Source of the DNA: a virus | Length of the DNA stretch: 64,000 bases | Virus record (IMG/VR): IMGVR_UViG_3300014208_001433 | Coordinates: 1-64,000 of that record | Direction: 5' to 3' (one strand) | Part shown: positions 1 to 8,659 of the stretch, piece after piece | Layout of the letters: each line of letters begins with the position of its first letter | Numbering within the stretch: position 1 is the stretch's first letter | The notes under the pieces: model-generated | Told to the model about the DNA's origin: nothing | What the model saw: only the letters and a program-made list of their open reading frames with translations | Database searches by the model: none | Made by a program: the position numbers and the translations under genes

Positions 1-18
1 GTAAAAAATGACTTTTCT

Positions 19-103
19 GCCGGGATGGCGGAATTGGTAGACGCACAGGACTTAAAATCCTGTGTCCCGTTGGGACGTGCCGGTTCGAGTCCGGCTCTCG
101 GTA
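19..103 (+). tRNA. tRNA-Leu (anticodon TAA)
   Basis: GCCGGGA/TCTCGGT acceptor stem, D-loop GGAATTGGTAGAC, anticodon arm CAGGA-CT-TAA-AA-TCCTG, long variable arm, GGTTCGAGTCC T-arm; no encoded CCA. Confidence 0.97.
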
Positions 104-128
104 CAAAAAGCAATGAAAAGTCGGTTTC

Positions 129-197
129 CAAAGTCAAAAGTCAAAAGTCAAATTTTTTGTAACTAAAGTTTTGGCTTCTCACATTTGGCTTTTTTTG
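129..197 (+). terminator. Heptamer-repeat hairpin/terminator after tRNA-Leu
   Basis: AAGTCAA x3 (131-151) can pair with TTTGGCT copies (170-176, 184-190), followed by a T-run. Confidence 0.5.
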
Positions 198-269
198 TTT
201 TTGTTGATTAGTCATTGGTTAATAAGATAAGTTGTTATTTGAGTTTTGGAAATTGTGATTTATAATCTT

Positions 270-343
270 GGGTTCTTAGCTCAGTTGGTTAGAGCGTCTG
301 CTTGACGTGCAGAAGGTCATAGGTTCGAATCCTATAGAGCCCA
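270..343 (+). tRNA. tRNA-Val (anticodon GAC), probable integration target
   Basis: GGGTTCT/AGAGCCC acceptor stem, TCTGC-TT-GAC-GT-GCAGA anticodon arm, ATAGG-TTCGAAT-CCTAT T-arm; integrase gene ends 72 bp downstream. Confidence 0.97.
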
Positions 344-406
344 CAAAGGATAACTTATTACAAAATAAACAAATATAGGAAATTAAAATCATTTGCTTAT
401 TTCATC

Positions 407-426
407 ATTGCCCCATTATTGCCCCA
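407..426. promoter_or_regulatory. Putative arm-type integrase binding sites
   Basis: ATTGCCCCA direct repeat at 407-415 and 418-426 (11-bp period) between tRNA and int. Confidence 0.5.
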
Positions 427-1462
427 CTTTTTCAGAGAATGTTACCTTTTCTAAATCTTTTCGCATCTCGTCCGTGCTAATTCTCCTGTAATGTCTCGCA
501 GCCGTTTCGGGAGAGTGACCTACTAATTCCGCAACGCTTTCTACTCGCGCAGATTGTTCAAATGCAATTGTTTCAAATGTTTTTCTAGGAGTGCGAAGCG
601 TATAACCCTTACCGATGAGTTTAACATCTTTTAAGAATCTTCTAAAAGCCGTTCCCATTTCGTCCGTGCCGGAGTAGTTTATTATTCTCCCGTGTTTTAC
701 TTCGCTAACTCTTTTTGTTAAAACCGGAACGAGCATGGAATGGATAGGGCGGATCTTCTCAATCTTTCCTTTTTGTGAATAGTAGAGAAAAATTTCTTTT
801 GCAAGATCAATTTCTTTCACTTCTATTTTGTAAATATCCGTAGGGCGCAGACCGGTGTAGAATAACATTAACATCATAGTTTGAAAGTTTGTGTTTTTCT
901 TTTTGAGAGCTGCAAATATTTTAGAAATATCTTCACTGGAGAAAATAATAATTGTTGAGATCTTCGGGGAAGTGATAACATCTTTATTTAATCGGAAAGC
1001 GTTTGGAATGTAACTGTATTCGAAAAGGAAGTTGAGGAACTTCTTCATGTTCTTACAAATATTTGCCTTTGTGTTGTGCGCATACTTCCATTCTTTAACC
1101 TCATTAAGAAAATTTTCTACGGTGTATTTTGTGAGTGTTGAGCAATCGGAGCCGGGAGGAAAAACCTTTGCAAGTTTCTTGAAAAAGTTATTGTATTCAT
1201 AAATAGTTTTTTTATTCTTTTGTTTGTTATTTCTTAAAAAGTGATCAAAGGCTGATTGTAATGGGGCATTTGGGGCAATGTGTTCGGGGTTAGCGTTCTT
1301 TTGCATTCGCTCATAATCGAAAATAGTTTGGAATTGATAAGCCATGTCCCGATTTTCTTTAAGAATGCTGGTAGATTTTTCCACCCTTTTCCCATCTTCA
1401 TCATAACGGATATAGATGTAAGGGGAGCCTTGTTTATCAAAACGAAGTTTACTTTTTCTCAT
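416..1462 (-). CDS. int: Tyrosine recombinase (phage integrase)
   Basis: TGLR, RTPRKTF (HxxR variant), LVGHS and RHY catalytic motifs; N-terminal arm-binding-like and SAM-like regions. Confidence 0.92.
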   Translation of the reverse strand: MRKSKLRFDKQGSPYIYIRYDEDGKRVEKSTSILKENRDMAYQFQTIFDYERMQKNANPEHIAPNAPLQSAFDHFLRNNKQKNKKTIYEYNNFFKKLAKVFPPGSDCSTLTKYTVENFLNEVKEWKYAHNTKANICKNMKKFLNFLFEYSYIPNAFRLNKDVITSPKISTIIIFSSEDISKIFAALKKKNTNFQTMMLMLFYTGLRPTDIYKIEVKEIDLAKEIFLYYSQKGKIEKIRPIHSMLVPVLTKRVSEVKHGRIINYSGTDEMGTAFRRFLKDVKLIGKGYTLRTPRKTFETIAFEQSARVESVAELVGHSPETAARHYRRISTDEMRKDLEKVTFSEKVGQ

Positions 1463-2429
1463 AATTTAAACTCACTTGTGTATTTCCGCTTGGAGTAACA
1501 GCAAAGTAATAATTTATGATTATGTGATCTTTGAAAATGTGAACGGACCGGATGAGATTTTTCAAAACTTCGCGCTGTTTATGGATGTCCATATTTTCAA
1601 ATCTTCCGAACTTGAATTTACTGAAATCAAATTTTTCTGTTTTGATCTTTAGTTGGTTATCTACTTCAGTTGTTATTGATTTAAGTTTTTCCACATATTC
1701 CGGATTGAATGAGGTAGAGGAATGAATTGCCTCAAGTGTTTTGTCGGAATCAATTTTAAGTTTATTGATGATTTGGTTTGATCTGATTACTATTGCTTCT
1801 TCTTTGGCTTTTGTGTACTCTTTTATTTTCGCAAGGTTTATTCTATATGAAGTAACATTCTCCAGGATAAGATCATTTACAAGATGCTGGCGAACGAGTT
1901 TGCTGTTAGGGCAAGCGGTTAAGCCATGCTGCTCTTTGTTGCTACAGTTATAGTAATAGTCTGTAGTTTTTGTTTCTTTACGTTTAACAAAGGATGCTTT
2001 TGCTGTAGAATCACAATGTCCACAAAAGGCAATATCCAGGTTTGAAACAAGAAAAACATTTTTACGCGGACGTGATGTTGGTTCTTCCGTTCCAAGTTGC
2101 TCAATTAATTTTGCGGCGTGTTCGGGAGTGATAATAGCATTCCATGTACCGGGTTTATTGTCTTCATCAAAACCGGAATAGAACTGAAGTCTTTTAGTGG
2201 TTAGCATAAACCCCAAAGTTGTTTGAGACCATCTTTTCCCTTTCCGGGTTGGGTATTTCTCCGGTTGCTCATTCAACAGCCGAATGATTTCTTTTTGTGT
2301 TTGCCCTTTATCGAGCAGTTTAAAAATAAAGAGGAGGCAATCTTTTTCTTTTTTGTTTATAATAAAAGATTGAGAATCTTTATCCCAAAGATAGCCGAAA
2401 GGGGGCGGCGTATATCTGCGTTTTTTCAT
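1449..2429 (-). CDS. Large-serine-recombinase DNA-binding module (Recombinase + Zn ribbon) without catalytic domain
   Basis: Begins at PPFGY; AIIT motif; CGHC...YYYNC...CPN zinc ribbon; short coiled coil; no YxRxS resolvase domain; own AAAGGAG RBS. Confidence 0.75.
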   Translation of the reverse strand: MKKRRYTPPPFGYLWDKDSQSFIINKKEKDCLLFIFKLLDKGQTQKEIIRLLNEQPEKYPTRKGKRWSQTTLGFMLTTKRLQFYSGFDEDNKPGTWNAIITPEHAAKLIEQLGTEEPTSRPRKNVFLVSNLDIAFCGHCDSTAKASFVKRKETKTTDYYYNCSNKEQHGLTACPNSKLVRQHLVNDLILENVTSYRINLAKIKEYTKAKEEAIVIRSNQIINKLKIDSDKTLEAIHSSTSFNPEYVEKLKSITTEVDNQLKIKTEKFDFSKFKFGRFENMDIHKQREVLKNLIRSVHIFKDHIIINYYFAVTPSGNTQVSLNYEKK

Positions 2430-2495
2430 GTTTGAACTCCTTTGAATGTTAGTTCTTAAAATATTTTATGTGTTAAAAAGGTTATAAAGAAATAG

Positions 2496-3851
2496 TTAAA
2501 AGTTAATCCTCATTGCAAAATTTAATTTGTTGTTGTTTGTGTTAAAGGATAAATTATATTTTTTATTGTATTCATCTACATGATTTTCAGTGCTAATAAT
2601 ACCCCAAATATAAGCAATAGCAAAAACACCTAAACTTATATTTCTATATCCAGTGGATTCATCCCGTGGATTGCCAGCCCCAGGATTATTTAAATAAGAA
2701 CTTGGTGTTTGCATTATTTGTTGATGGAATAATATGGCTGCTATTATAGCAGAAGTGGAAATTGAAAAACAAGCCCACCCTTCTTCTTCACCTTGAGCAA
2801 CCAAACCCATCCCCGGTAGAATAACTGATAATGTTATATAAAGGAAACTTGATCTTTTTTGGCTGTCTAAATGTTCATCAATTACTTTGAATAATTTTTT
2901 GTCATAATAAACTGCATCAAGATACAGCATAGATGCTTTATTGGCATTTTTTAATTTTAATTGTTCTTCGGCTTGATTAAAATAGATATTTGCGATTCTT
3001 TCTTTTTCTTCAGTAGATAATTTAAAACCATATTTTTCTGCGTTATCATAATAAGTGATGGATTCATCAAATAGTTTGTTCTGATAGCAGGAATCGGCAA
3101 GGTAAATACATAAAGAGGAATGAACTGTTTTTAGGTGTTGGTATTGTTCTTCACTTAGACCCGGAAGCTCAACGGCTGTATCTATAAACGTAAAAACATT
3201 GCTATAATTTTTAACTGCTTGAGATTCTTTAATTAGCTCAACATAATTTTTATAAAGAAGACCATTGACTATTTTCCCTTCAACTGAAAAATATTTCGCA
3301 ATTTCCAATTCAACCAGGCTTTCAGAATATTTCGTCTCTGTATATAATCTTTCTGCTTTTCGTAAACTTTCTTCCCCCTTTAAGCGGAAAACGTCGTTAT
3401 TTATACTTGTAATTTCGTTAGTAAGTAATTTAATCTTGTACTCTTTCAAATTAATTATATCTTTTGTTTTTGAAGGTAGGTCGCCAAAATATTTCGTTCT
3501 CTTTTCTTCCCCTTTATAGTAATGACGACCATTAACATACATATCAAGATAAGTATTCTCTTTGTTTGGGTTTAAAACTACCATAAAACCTCTGCTGGTA
3601 AATCCAGGTATTAATGTGTTTAAATCAACAGGAATCGCACTCCCCCAAATTATCGCCGATCCATCAGCAGTTACATCTGTAATATTGCCGTTAATCGTAA
3701 ATTGTGTATTCTCCCCTTTTATGGTTTCGAGTTCATCTTCTAATGTTCTGATTTCCGTTTTTAAGTTATTGGATATTGTTTCAAGCGAATCAATATTTTG
3801 TGCAAACCCAACATTAAAAAACACTGCTATAAAAATTATTGCCACTCTCAT
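2496..3851 (-). CDS. Exported TPR-like membrane protein (moron)
   Basis: Signal peptide ending FA-QN, helical TPR-like repeats, SVILPGMG plus hydrophobic helices (DUF5683-like), terminal Phe. Confidence 0.6.
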   Translation of the reverse strand: MRVAIIFIAVFFNVGFAQNIDSLETISNNLKTEIRTLEDELETIKGENTQFTINGNITDVTADGSAIIWGSAIPVDLNTLIPGFTSRGFMVVLNPNKENTYLDMYVNGRHYYKGEEKRTKYFGDLPSKTKDIINLKEYKIKLLTNEITSINNDVFRLKGEESLRKAERLYTETKYSESLVELEIAKYFSVEGKIVNGLLYKNYVELIKESQAVKNYSNVFTFIDTAVELPGLSEEQYQHLKTVHSSLCIYLADSCYQNKLFDESITYYDNAEKYGFKLSTEEKERIANIYFNQAEEQLKLKNANKASMLYLDAVYYDKKLFKVIDEHLDSQKRSSFLYITLSVILPGMGLVAQGEEEGWACFSISTSAIIAAILFHQQIMQTPSSYLNNPGAGNPRDESTGYRNISLGVFAIAYIWGIISTENHVDEYNKKYNLSFNTNNNKLNFAMRINF

Positions 3852-4291
3852 GGTACACCTCTTTTTTTGTTCGTTAATTTTTCCTCCAACTCTTTTATTC
3901 GTCTTTCTTTTTCGGCTAATTGTAGTTTAAGCATTTCGATCAGGTCTTCGTATGGTTTTATGACCCTTTCTAAAGTTGTGCTGGTGATACCGTTGTAGTT
4001 ATATTCTCTTGGCTCACCGACAAAGTTCCCATGCATCCCTTCACCCTCAGTATGTTTTTGGAAACTTTCATCGTGGACAGTATAACTTTGGGTTGGTGGA
4101 ACTGTTATTTTGATACCCTTTTTTTCTTCAAGGGTTTTTAATATTTGGGTGAACAAATCAAGATCAATGTCCTCTTTTGCCATATGATAGCTAAAATTTG
4201 CGGCGGTCATATCAAGCATTTTTGCAATTTGAACATCCTTGATACCGGAATCTTTTAATAATTTTCTAATTAAATCTTTTCTTTTTGGCAT
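3848..4291 (-). CDS. CI-like HTH repressor
   Basis: DVQIAKMLDMTAANFSYHM HTH, C-terminal coiled coil, divergent from cro-like gene; ATG 4291 preferred over TTG 4312. Confidence 0.7.
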   Translation of the reverse strand: MPKRKDLIRKLLKDSGIKDVQIAKMLDMTAANFSYHMAKEDIDLDLFTQILKTLEEKKGIKITVPPTQSYTVHDESFQKHTEGEGMHGNFVGEPREYNYNGITSTTLERVIKPYEDLIEMLKLQLAEKERRIKELEEKLTNKKRGVP

Positions 4292-4337
4292 AAAAATCAA
4301 ACAAATAAACAAAAGTTAAATAAAAATAAAAAAATAC

Positions 4338-4366
4338 TTGACAATGACTTTATAATCATTTATCTT
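4338..4366 (+). promoter_or_regulatory. Early lytic promoter with overlapping operator
   Basis: TTGACA-17bp-TATCTT; spacer is the imperfect palindrome AATGACTTTATAATCATT (4343-4360). Confidence 0.7.
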
Positions 4367-4413
4367 TACAGCGCAGTTAAAACAAAATAAAAAACAAATA
4401 AAAAGTAGAACCA

Positions 4414-4680
4414 ATGAACGACATAAAAGTTAAAAAGGATTATCGAAAAATCCAAATCGTAATTTCTCCTGAAGAGAGAGAAGAAATAAAAGCAAAAGCA
4501 TACGAACTGCTTGCAAAGGAAGATCAAGCGGGTGTACAAACAAAGCTTGCCGAGATGTTGTTTACTTCGCCTCAAAATATTTTTATGGCATTTTCCGGGA
4601 ACAACATGAAGCTAATGGCAAGAATTAAACAATTCATCAACGCTTATACACCTTCAGAAGAATTTCAAAGAACTACATGA
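4414..4680 (+). CDS. Cro-like HTH protein
   Basis: QTKLAEMLFTSPQNIFMAFSG HTH; first gene after the early promoter. Confidence 0.6.
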   Translation: MNDIKVKKDYRKIQIVISPEEREEIKAKAYELLAKEDQAGVQTKLAEMLFTSPQNIFMAFSGNNMKLMARIKQFINAYTPSEEFQRTT

Positions 4681-4818
4681 AACATAACTTAACATATAGA
4701 AAAAGGCAAGTGTTATCATTCGAGCAGAGTTCAAGAAGCGTTCGAGCAGTTCAATTAATTAGGAATTAATAATTACGAATTCCGCCAGAGGCGGATAAAT
4801 AAATTCAAAGGGAAAACA

Positions 4819-5127
4819 ATGAACATGGAAATTTTTAGGGAATTTTATCCGTCTTTTTCAGTCGGGGTAGTTGTTGGGATGATAATTATTCTTGCTGCTT
4901 GCGCTTATGTGTTAATTAAGTCTGACAAGGAAATAGAGAGATTAGAAAAATCAAAGAATATCGAACGCAAAGAATGCGCAAGACTTACCGAAGAGAATCA
5001 ATTTCTAAGAGATGCCAACCAAAAGATAGCCAAAGAAAATTACGATGCGGGTTTTGCTGCGGGGAAAAAAGTTATTAACACTCCCAAATTTGATAAAAAA
5101 TATTTAACCGATGAGGTAACGGCATGA
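4819..5127 (+). CDS. Membrane-anchored coiled-coil protein
   Basis: N-terminal TM helix, RBS. Confidence 0.6.
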   Translation: MNMEIFREFYPSFSVGVVVGMIIILAACAYVLIKSDKEIERLEKSKNIERKECARLTEENQFLRDANQKIAKENYDAGFAAGKKVINTPKFDKKYLTDEVTA

Positions 5128-5318
5128 GCATTAATACAACAATTTTAACTTCAGATGGAGAATCTACAATCATTCTTAACGATGGAGGTTTATCAACCAT
5201 AATTGTTAAAAAGAAAATCAAGAATACCGGATTCCCATTTATTGCCCTTGCGTTCGCAGCAATTCAATTTATTACTAAAAAAATTATAGGGAAGTTTTAT
5301 GAGCAAACAAGATTTTAG
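5124..5318 (+). CDS. Small hypothetical protein
   Basis: ATGA overlap with previous gene. Confidence 0.5.
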   Translation: MSINTTILTSDGESTIILNDGGLSTIIVKKKIKNTGFPFIALAFAAIQFITKKIIGKFYEQTRF

Positions 5319-5499
5319 AGTTTTCTCTACTGTTCAATGCACAGAGCCGGGATGTACAAAGAAAATTAAACAGAATGTGATCAACCGAAAACCTGATGCG
5401 GATAAGTGTTTTAGGCATTGGCCGTTTGCAAGAAGGAATAGATGCCAGGGAAGAAAGTCGGCAGATAGCAGTCAGCAATTAGCAGTAGGCAATAACTAA
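5299..5499 (+). CDS. Small Cys/His protein with heptamer-encoded tail
   Basis: CTEPGC...CFRH; tail encoded by GCAGTNN heptamers. Confidence 0.5.
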   Translation: MSKQDFRVFSTVQCTEPGCTKKIKQNVINRKPDADKCFRHWPFARRNRCQGRKSADSSQQLAVGNN

Positions 5500-5519
5500 T
5501 TTATAAAAAGGAGTTCATC

Positions 5520-5849
5520 GTGGAAATAATTAGGCACATCGTAGCAAGTAACATCGTAGTTCTTGAAAGAATAAGAAAAGATTACGGAGATATACCGGCG
5601 CTTGCAGAGAGTATTAAAAGTGAAGGGTTACGCAACCCTATACATGTAATTGAATCGAGAAACGGTCAATACGTGCTCTTGGCGGGGGAAAGACGGTTGG
5701 AGGCTGTAATGTTATTGGGTGAGCCGTTAATTGCTGTTAGAGTGATTGAGGCGAAGATTAAACCGGAGAATTTCTACAGGTTCCATCGTAATTACCAAAC
5801 CGCAAAGAGTACGATTAAGAATAAGATTATGATTAAGAACTTAAACTAA
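5520..5849 (+). CDS. ParB/Srx N-terminal domain protein (short)
   Basis: LAESIKSEGLRNPI...LLAGERRLEA. Confidence 0.85.
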   Translation: MEIIRHIVASNIVVLERIRKDYGDIPALAESIKSEGLRNPIHVIESRNGQYVLLAGERRLEAVMLLGEPLIAVRVIEAKIKPENFYRFHRNYQTAKSTIKNKIMIKNLN

Positions 5850-5863
5850 AACTGAGAGAGAAT

Positions 5864-6883
5864 ATGCTTGTAAATATTGGTGATGTAATTATCCGCGAGG
5901 ATAGGATAAGAAAAGATTTTGGGGATATTTCGGAATTAGCCGAGGATATCCTGGTAAATGGTTTGATCAATCCGCCGGTAGTAACTCCGGAAAAGGTTTT
6001 GCTTGCCGGTGAAAGAAGAATGATGGCAATGAAGCAGCTTGGGTACAAACAAGTGGAAGTAAGGACGTTGACCGTTCGCGATTACGAACACAGGTTAATG
6101 ATAGAAATTAGCGAAAATGAAAACCGGAAGAACTTTTCTTTTACGGAAAGAATGGATTTAGCGCGAAGGCTTGAAGTGGTTGAACGGGAAAAGGCGAGAG
6201 AAAGACAAGCAACTTCAACAGGAGGGGCAATTCCACAGCTTACGCAAATACTTGCGGAAGGTGAAACCAATACAAAAGTAGCGGCGGCAGTTGGATTTGG
6301 TAGTAAAGAAACTTTACGCAAAGCAAAGAAAGTAATGGAGAGCGCCGACCCGGAAATGATAAAAGCACTTGATGAAAACCAGTTAAGCATAAACGGCGCT
6401 TATAAAAAGCTGCAAGAAAGTTTGGCGGAAAAAGAAGAGCAACTATCGAGCAAGAATATAACAATCGAAAATTTGATGAAGAAAAAGGATGATAAAGATT
6501 CAACAAAAGCCCTTGAAAATAAGCAAGAGGAATTGCGGAAGTTGAAAGCCGATCTTACAAAAGCCGAGACAGAGCTTAAAGGATTACGTGAAGTAAAAGA
6601 AAAGAAAGATGAACTTGAATCCCTCCACAAAGAAGTTGAAAAGCTGAAAGAGCGCCAGAGCAAAGCCGTGCAAGAGTATAAGGAAATGGGAAAAATATTC
6701 AGTTGGATTGACAAAACAAAAGGGTTTATCGGGAATGAAATGCTACAAATTCCTACACTAATGTACCTTCCGGAATCTCCGAGCAAAGTAGTGAAAGATG
6801 AAGTAAAGCATATCCTCCAGGTTATTTCAGATTGGAGTTATGCAATGAGACAGAAATTTCAAATTGAGGAAGATGAGTTATGA
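5864..6883 (+). CDS. ParB-family protein (CTPase domain + HTH + coiled coil)
   Basis: GLINPPVV, LLAGERR, EISENENRK, HTH-like VAAAVGFGSKETLRK. Confidence 0.88.
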   Translation: MLVNIGDVIIREDRIRKDFGDISELAEDILVNGLINPPVVTPEKVLLAGERRMMAMKQLGYKQVEVRTLTVRDYEHRLMIEISENENRKNFSFTERMDLARRLEVVEREKARERQATSTGGAIPQLTQILAEGETNTKVAAAVGFGSKETLRKAKKVMESADPEMIKALDENQLSINGAYKKLQESLAEKEEQLSSKNITIENLMKKKDDKDSTKALENKQEELRKLKADLTKAETELKGLREVKEKKDELESLHKEVEKLKERQSKAVQEYKEMGKIFSWIDKTKGFIGNEMLQIPTLMYLPESPSKVVKDEVKHILQVISDWSYAMRQKFQIEEDEL

Positions 6884-7461
6884 GCGACGGGAACACGGCT
6901 TTAATGCCAGCGTTAGATGTAGCGAGTTTGCCGATGAACGTGCTGAAAGATTTAGCCTTTAGTTTACAGGGCGAACTAATGAAGCGGACAGTTGCGGATG
7001 TTGAGGAATTCAAAGCAAAGACAGCCGATACAATAAACTCACAGCAGAATGAGATTGAAAAGCTAAAAAACAATTTGAATGCACAGAGTGAAAAAGTTTT
7101 TTTCATCCATGCCAGAAGCGCGGACGAAAAGTATTTAACCATGCGAATGTTGGGGAATAGGAATATTCCTCCGATAGCTAACAAGATGACGCGGCTATTG
7201 CAGTACGCGGGAATATTGCAGATAGGGAAATCGATTCCTTACAGCAATGCCTTAGCCGGGAAAGAACCGATAGCTATAACATATAAAATCTCCAACGCGC
7301 AAGGGTATGAAGGATTAGGCTATAAATTCCATGAAGCCAGATCATGGGAGATCATCCACAAGAAGTTAAAGAAAGACGAGTTGTTCAATAATTTCATGAA
7401 TTGTTCTACTAAGGAAGAGTTAGACAAATTCATAAGCACATTACCGTTAATTTATAAATAA
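6880..7461 (+). CDS. Possible antirepressor (KilAC/ANT-like C-terminus)
   Basis: Coiled coil followed by LTMRMLG...NKMTRLLQYAGIL...PY pattern. Confidence 0.35.
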   Translation: MSDGNTALMPALDVASLPMNVLKDLAFSLQGELMKRTVADVEEFKAKTADTINSQQNEIEKLKNNLNAQSEKVFFIHARSADEKYLTMRMLGNRNIPPIANKMTRLLQYAGILQIGKSIPYSNALAGKEPIAITYKISNAQGYEGLGYKFHEARSWEIIHKKLKKDELFNNFMNCSTKEELDKFISTLPLIYK

Positions 7462-7503
7462 AAATATATGTTAACTATGTTCAATAATCAAAGGAGCAAT
7501 ACA

Positions 7504-7956
7504 ATGAGCGGACTAATATCAATTTTCGATACGATCCCGCACGGAATTTCCTTTGCTACAATAGCGAGGGAAGATAGACCGAATGGACGGGTTCCGGTAA
7601 ATAGTTTTACCAGAATATTTGTTGAGAACAAGCGTGAACGTTACACCCCAAAATCTGAAATGGTATTGCAAAGATTTTGCAAAAATTTAAAAGATGAGAT
7701 TGACGGATTAACTTTTCAAAAACGGGTAGAAAAGAACGATCCATTTTTACCGGCGCAAGAAGTGAGGGAAGAACTTTCACACAAATTATGCGTAAGTGAA
7801 CAAGCGTTACGCGCATGGTGGAATCCTTGCGATAAGAGCGGTAACAAAATGGGCATTGGTGATCTGATAGCTTATACCGATAAAATGAAATCAACTTTTT
7901 TAATTGAAGCATTATTGAATGATATAAGAGGATTGGTCCATGCCGGAAGTTGTTAA
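7504..7956 (+). CDS. Phage 186 CII/CP76-like regulator
   Basis: ELSHKLCVSEQALRAWWNP...MGIGDLIAYT pattern; AAGGAG before ATG 7504. Confidence 0.5.
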   Translation: MSGLISIFDTIPHGISFATIAREDRPNGRVPVNSFTRIFVENKRERYTPKSEMVLQRFCKNLKDEIDGLTFQKRVEKNDPFLPAQEVREELSHKLCVSEQALRAWWNPCDKSGNKMGIGDLIAYTDKMKSTFLIEALLNDIRGLVHAGSC

Positions 7957-8272
7957 AGAAGACAAGCGTAAGAAAAAGCCAACGGTGTTGGAAGGCGGAA
8001 ATCGCGTTGCGGTCTCCGAGTTGGAAGCTGCGCAAATAATGGGCTTAAAAGAAAGCGATACATTCCGGGAAAAATTTGTACCGGAACATATTCAGCCAAG
8101 TTATTTCCCGGATAGCAAAAGACCATCATATAATATTTTTGAAGTTTTAGGGTTGTTCGGCAAAACGAAAAAAAAGGAGGAACAGCCACGGCAGATAGTG
8201 GATGTTGCATTTATAGAAAGAGTAAGGAAAATGGCACAGAAAACAATTAGGAATTCCGCCTCAGGCGGATAA
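7940..8272 (+). CDS. Excisionase-like HTH protein
   Basis: VSELEAAQIMGL...RPSYNIFEV winged-HTH pattern. Confidence 0.45.
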   Translation: MPEVVKEDKRKKKPTVLEGGNRVAVSELEAAQIMGLKESDTFREKFVPEHIQPSYFPDSKRPSYNIFEVLGLFGKTKKKEEQPRQIVDVAFIERVRKMAQKTIRNSASGG

Positions 8273-8305
8273 ATAAGAAATTTAAATTCAAAGGAGTTCA
8301 AACAA

Positions 8306-8659
8306 ATGGAAAAAGTTCACATAAATAACGGCAGCAATAAACCGATTTGCGGCGCTGAGGATTTACGATTAACGGGTGTAAAGGAATGTACGTCTTGTTT
8401 GGAGTGCCAAAAATTACGCGCTAGTGCAATGACAAAACTTAGAACACTCCGCAGACTTGAAGCAGATAGAAAGATAGTACGTGACTATCTCTACGGGAAG
8501 GACAGCAAAAATTTAAGCGATGAAGACCGAGAATCTTACAAAATCCGTTTAGACGAGATTGAGGAAGAATCGAAAAAAAATCATCCACAATCAAATAACG
8601 AGGCATATCTAATGAGCGAGTTAAGTGTGCCGATAACCGCAGAGGTAGAACATGTCTAA
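8306..8659 (+). CDS. Hypothetical protein with N-terminal Zn site
   Basis: H...ICG...CLEC; AAAGGAG RBS. Confidence 0.6.
   Translation: MEKVHINNGSNKPICGAEDLRLTGVKECTSCLECQKLRASAMTKLRTLRRLEADRKIVRDYLYGKDSKNLSDEDRESYKIRLDEIEEESKKNHPQSNNEAYLMSELSVPITAEVEHV

Noticed and set aside
239-266. TTGAGT-16-TATAAT as the tRNA-Val promoter
   Set aside because: The -10 box ends only 3 nt before the mature 5' end, so a normal start site would fall inside the tRNA; unresolved
416-1462. Integrase as the integron integrase for the attC array
   Set aside because: No IntI-specific insertion recognised; it has a phage-type N-terminus, sits at a tRNA and is >10 kb from the cassettes
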